Shown here: piece by piece, positions 62,492 to 64,000 of the stretch
Position numbering within the stretch: the first letter of the stretch is position 1
How the letters are laid out: every line of letters starts with the position of its first letter
From: Rubripirellula sp.
GTDB taxonomy: Bacteria > Planctomycetota > Planctomycetia > Pirellulales > Pirellulaceae
Reading direction: 5' to 3'
Length of the DNA: 64,000 bases
Assembly (NCBI GenBank): GCA_965216875.1
Contig: OZ244207.1
Coordinates: forward strand, 5,088,001 to 5,152,000
The notes under the pieces: model-generated
Databases searched by the model: none
Seen by the model: only the letters and a program-made list of their open reading frames with translations
Told to the model about the DNA's origin: nothing
Position numbers and translations under genes: made by a program

Positions 62492-62911
62492 ATGCTTCGA
62501 GCCATCGACATCAGCACGTCCGCTTTGGTCGCCCAACGTGTGCGGTTGAATGCCGTCTCGGGAAACATCGCAAACATCTCGACGTTGAAAGATGAAAACG
62601 GCGAGGCCAACCCTTACCAGGCTCGTGAAGTGGTGTTTGAATCCGACCCCTCGGTTTCGACCACTGGTGCATCGGGAGTCAAAGTCGCTGAAATCAATTC
62701 GAGCGATGCCGAACCACGTTATCGCTACGATCCCTCGCATCCGCTGGCGATTGAATCGGGCGAAAAGAAAGGCTACGTCGCTTATCCGAACATCGACTTG
62801 ACCACCGAAATGGTCAACGCACTCGAGTCGACTCGTGCCTACGAAGCCAACGTGGGGGTGATGGAGATCACCAAGAACTTAAGCCGAGAAACGCTGACGA
62901 TTCTGGCCTAA
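62492..62911 (+). CDS. flgC: Flagellar basal-body rod protein FlgC
   Basis: IS.SAL.AQR.RLN..S.NIAN, YDPSHP.A, GYVAYPNID...EM, RAYEAN. Confidence 0.95.
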   Translation: MLRAIDISTSALVAQRVRLNAVSGNIANISTLKDENGEANPYQAREVVFESDPSVSTTGASGVKVAEINSSDAEPRYRYDPSHPLAIESGEKKGYVAYPNIDLTTEMVNALESTRAYEANVGVMEITKNLSRETLTILA

Positions 62912-63007
62912 CTGAAATGGGGCCCACACAAATCGGGTCTGACTCGATTGGCGCCCCAATCCATACGGAATCAAGCCGGCCGTCCAAATTGACCGCCTCC
63001 AACGACC

Positions 63008-63319
63008 ATGAAACCAATCGGGATCCAGCCGCCGCAACCGCCCCTTTCGCCTTTTGACGCCACCGCGCGTTCGAAGTCGGCCGGTGGTAAAGAAGGCATC
63101 GACCTGTTTTCCGATCTGTTGGTCAATCAGGTCGAAAACGTCAACACCATGCAGAACAACGCCGATGGCATGGTGCATTCGATGTTGACCGGTGGTGACG
63201 TTAACGAAGCCGAAGTGTTGACCGCAGTTCAAAAGGCTGACCTTGCCTTTCGCATGCTGCTGCAAGTTCGAAACAAACTGATTGAAGCCTACCGCGAGAT
63301 CCAGCAAATCCAAGTCTGA
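63008..63319 (+). CDS. fliE: Flagellar hook-basal body protein FliE
   Basis: V..VN..Q, V..A..KA.LAF...QVRNKL.EAY.EI. Confidence 0.93.
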   Translation: MKPIGIQPPQPPLSPFDATARSKSAGGKEGIDLFSDLLVNQVENVNTMQNNADGMVHSMLTGGDVNEAEVLTAVQKADLAFRMLLQVRNKLIEAYREIQQIQV

Positions 63320-63374
63320 CCCGCTCACTTGATGTTCGCCAACCGAAGGACGCGCCGCTGGCCGTAAGTCACCC

Positions 63375-64000
63375 ATGAACTTGTTTCGACAATCCACCGA
63401 TCAGGCTCGCGAAGCCTTTACCGCCATGCCAATGCAATCACGGATCATTTCCGTGATGCTGGCTGCGGCAATCGCTATTGGCCTGGCGTTCTTGGTTCGA
63501 GGCGAAAGTGGTGGCGGCAAGGAGTATTTGTTCGGTGGACGGTCGCTGAGTGAGCAGGAACAGATCGCCGTCGAACTTGCGTTTGGCAATGCGGGCCTAA
63601 ACGACTGGGTGCCCGAAGGACACCGCATCAAGATTCCGAGCGAATCCCGCGGCGAGTACCTTGCTGCCTTGGAAGCTTCCAGTGCGCTACCGATGTCGCT
63701 TCATACGAGTGTTCAAGAAGCATTTGATAAAGCGAGTGTCTTTGAACCCAATGAGCTTCGGCGCGAACGTCAAGACCACGCCAAAGAACTCGACCTGGGA
63801 ACAAAAATCGGCTTCTTTGCCGATGTCCGTTGGGCAACGGTCGAATACGACCAAGGGGATCGCTACGGTCTCGATCGATCACGTCCTCAATCGGCCAGCG
63901 TTGTCGTCAACCCAATCGGCACAACGCCGCTCAGCAGAGATCGTATCCGCCAGATCCAGGAGATGATCCGCAGTTCCTATGCGGGCATGAAAAGCGAAGA
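63375..64000 (+). CDS. FliF/YscJ-like M-ring protein, 5' part (runs off the window end; not in the ORF track)
   Basis: ATG at 63375 is open to the end: MNLFRQSTDQAREAF..TM..EYLFGG..RIKIP..ASVVV; position after fliE. Confidence 0.7.
   Translation, partial: MNLFRQSTDQAREAFTAMPMQSRIISVMLAAAIAIGLAFLVRGESGGGKEYLFGGRSLSEQEQIAVELAFGNAGLNDWVPEGHRIKIPSESRGEYLAALEASSALPMSLHTSVQEAFDKASVFEPNELRRERQDHAKELDLGTKIGFFADVRWATVEYDQGDRYGLDRSRPQSASVVVNPIGTTPLSRDRIRQIQEMIRSSYAGMKSE

Noticed and set aside
63401..63966. Short ORFs listed near the window end
   Set aside because: They overlap the open fliF-like frame starting at 63375, which the track missed because it has no stop in the window

Overview
This is a gene-dense, GC-rich bacterial chromosome segment, very likely from a planctomycete (Pirellulaceae-like). 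Support comes from a DUF1501 + PSD1/planctomycete cytochrome c pair, a TIGR03000-domain protein, DUF1080 proteins and a sulfatase. Most of the window is housekeeping: gpmI, pcm, ppx, ilvD, an lpxL-like gene, uup, ispF-cysS-ruvC-ruvA, a membrane pyrophosphatase, rpmB-gatC, rsgA, ftsH, recQ, csaA and comB. It ends with the start of a flagellar cluster (flgN-like, flgB, flgC, fliE, and a fliF-like gene running off the end). I saw no rRNA, tRNA, CRISPR array or transposase. At least five families of REP-like palindromic repeats fill the intergenic gaps. The strongest candidate for an undescribed system is a three-gene operon at 48149-51179. It encodes two different proteins that by eye align to the Ku core, followed by an ATP-dependent DNA ligase without the LigD Pol/PE domains but with a WGR-like C-terminal domain and a Lys-rich tail. 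This would be a possible heterodimeric-Ku end-joining system. Other leads are a DHDPS-family aldolase with a microcompartment-encapsulation-peptide-like C-terminus, an SdpAB-like/HTTM gene pair next to a secreted GSSG-repeat TIGR03000 protein, twin divergent ECF promoter motifs, a circularly permuted F-type lectin insert, and an alcohol dehydrogenase interrupted by an in-frame TAA. All family assignments are from motif recognition by eye; no searches were run.
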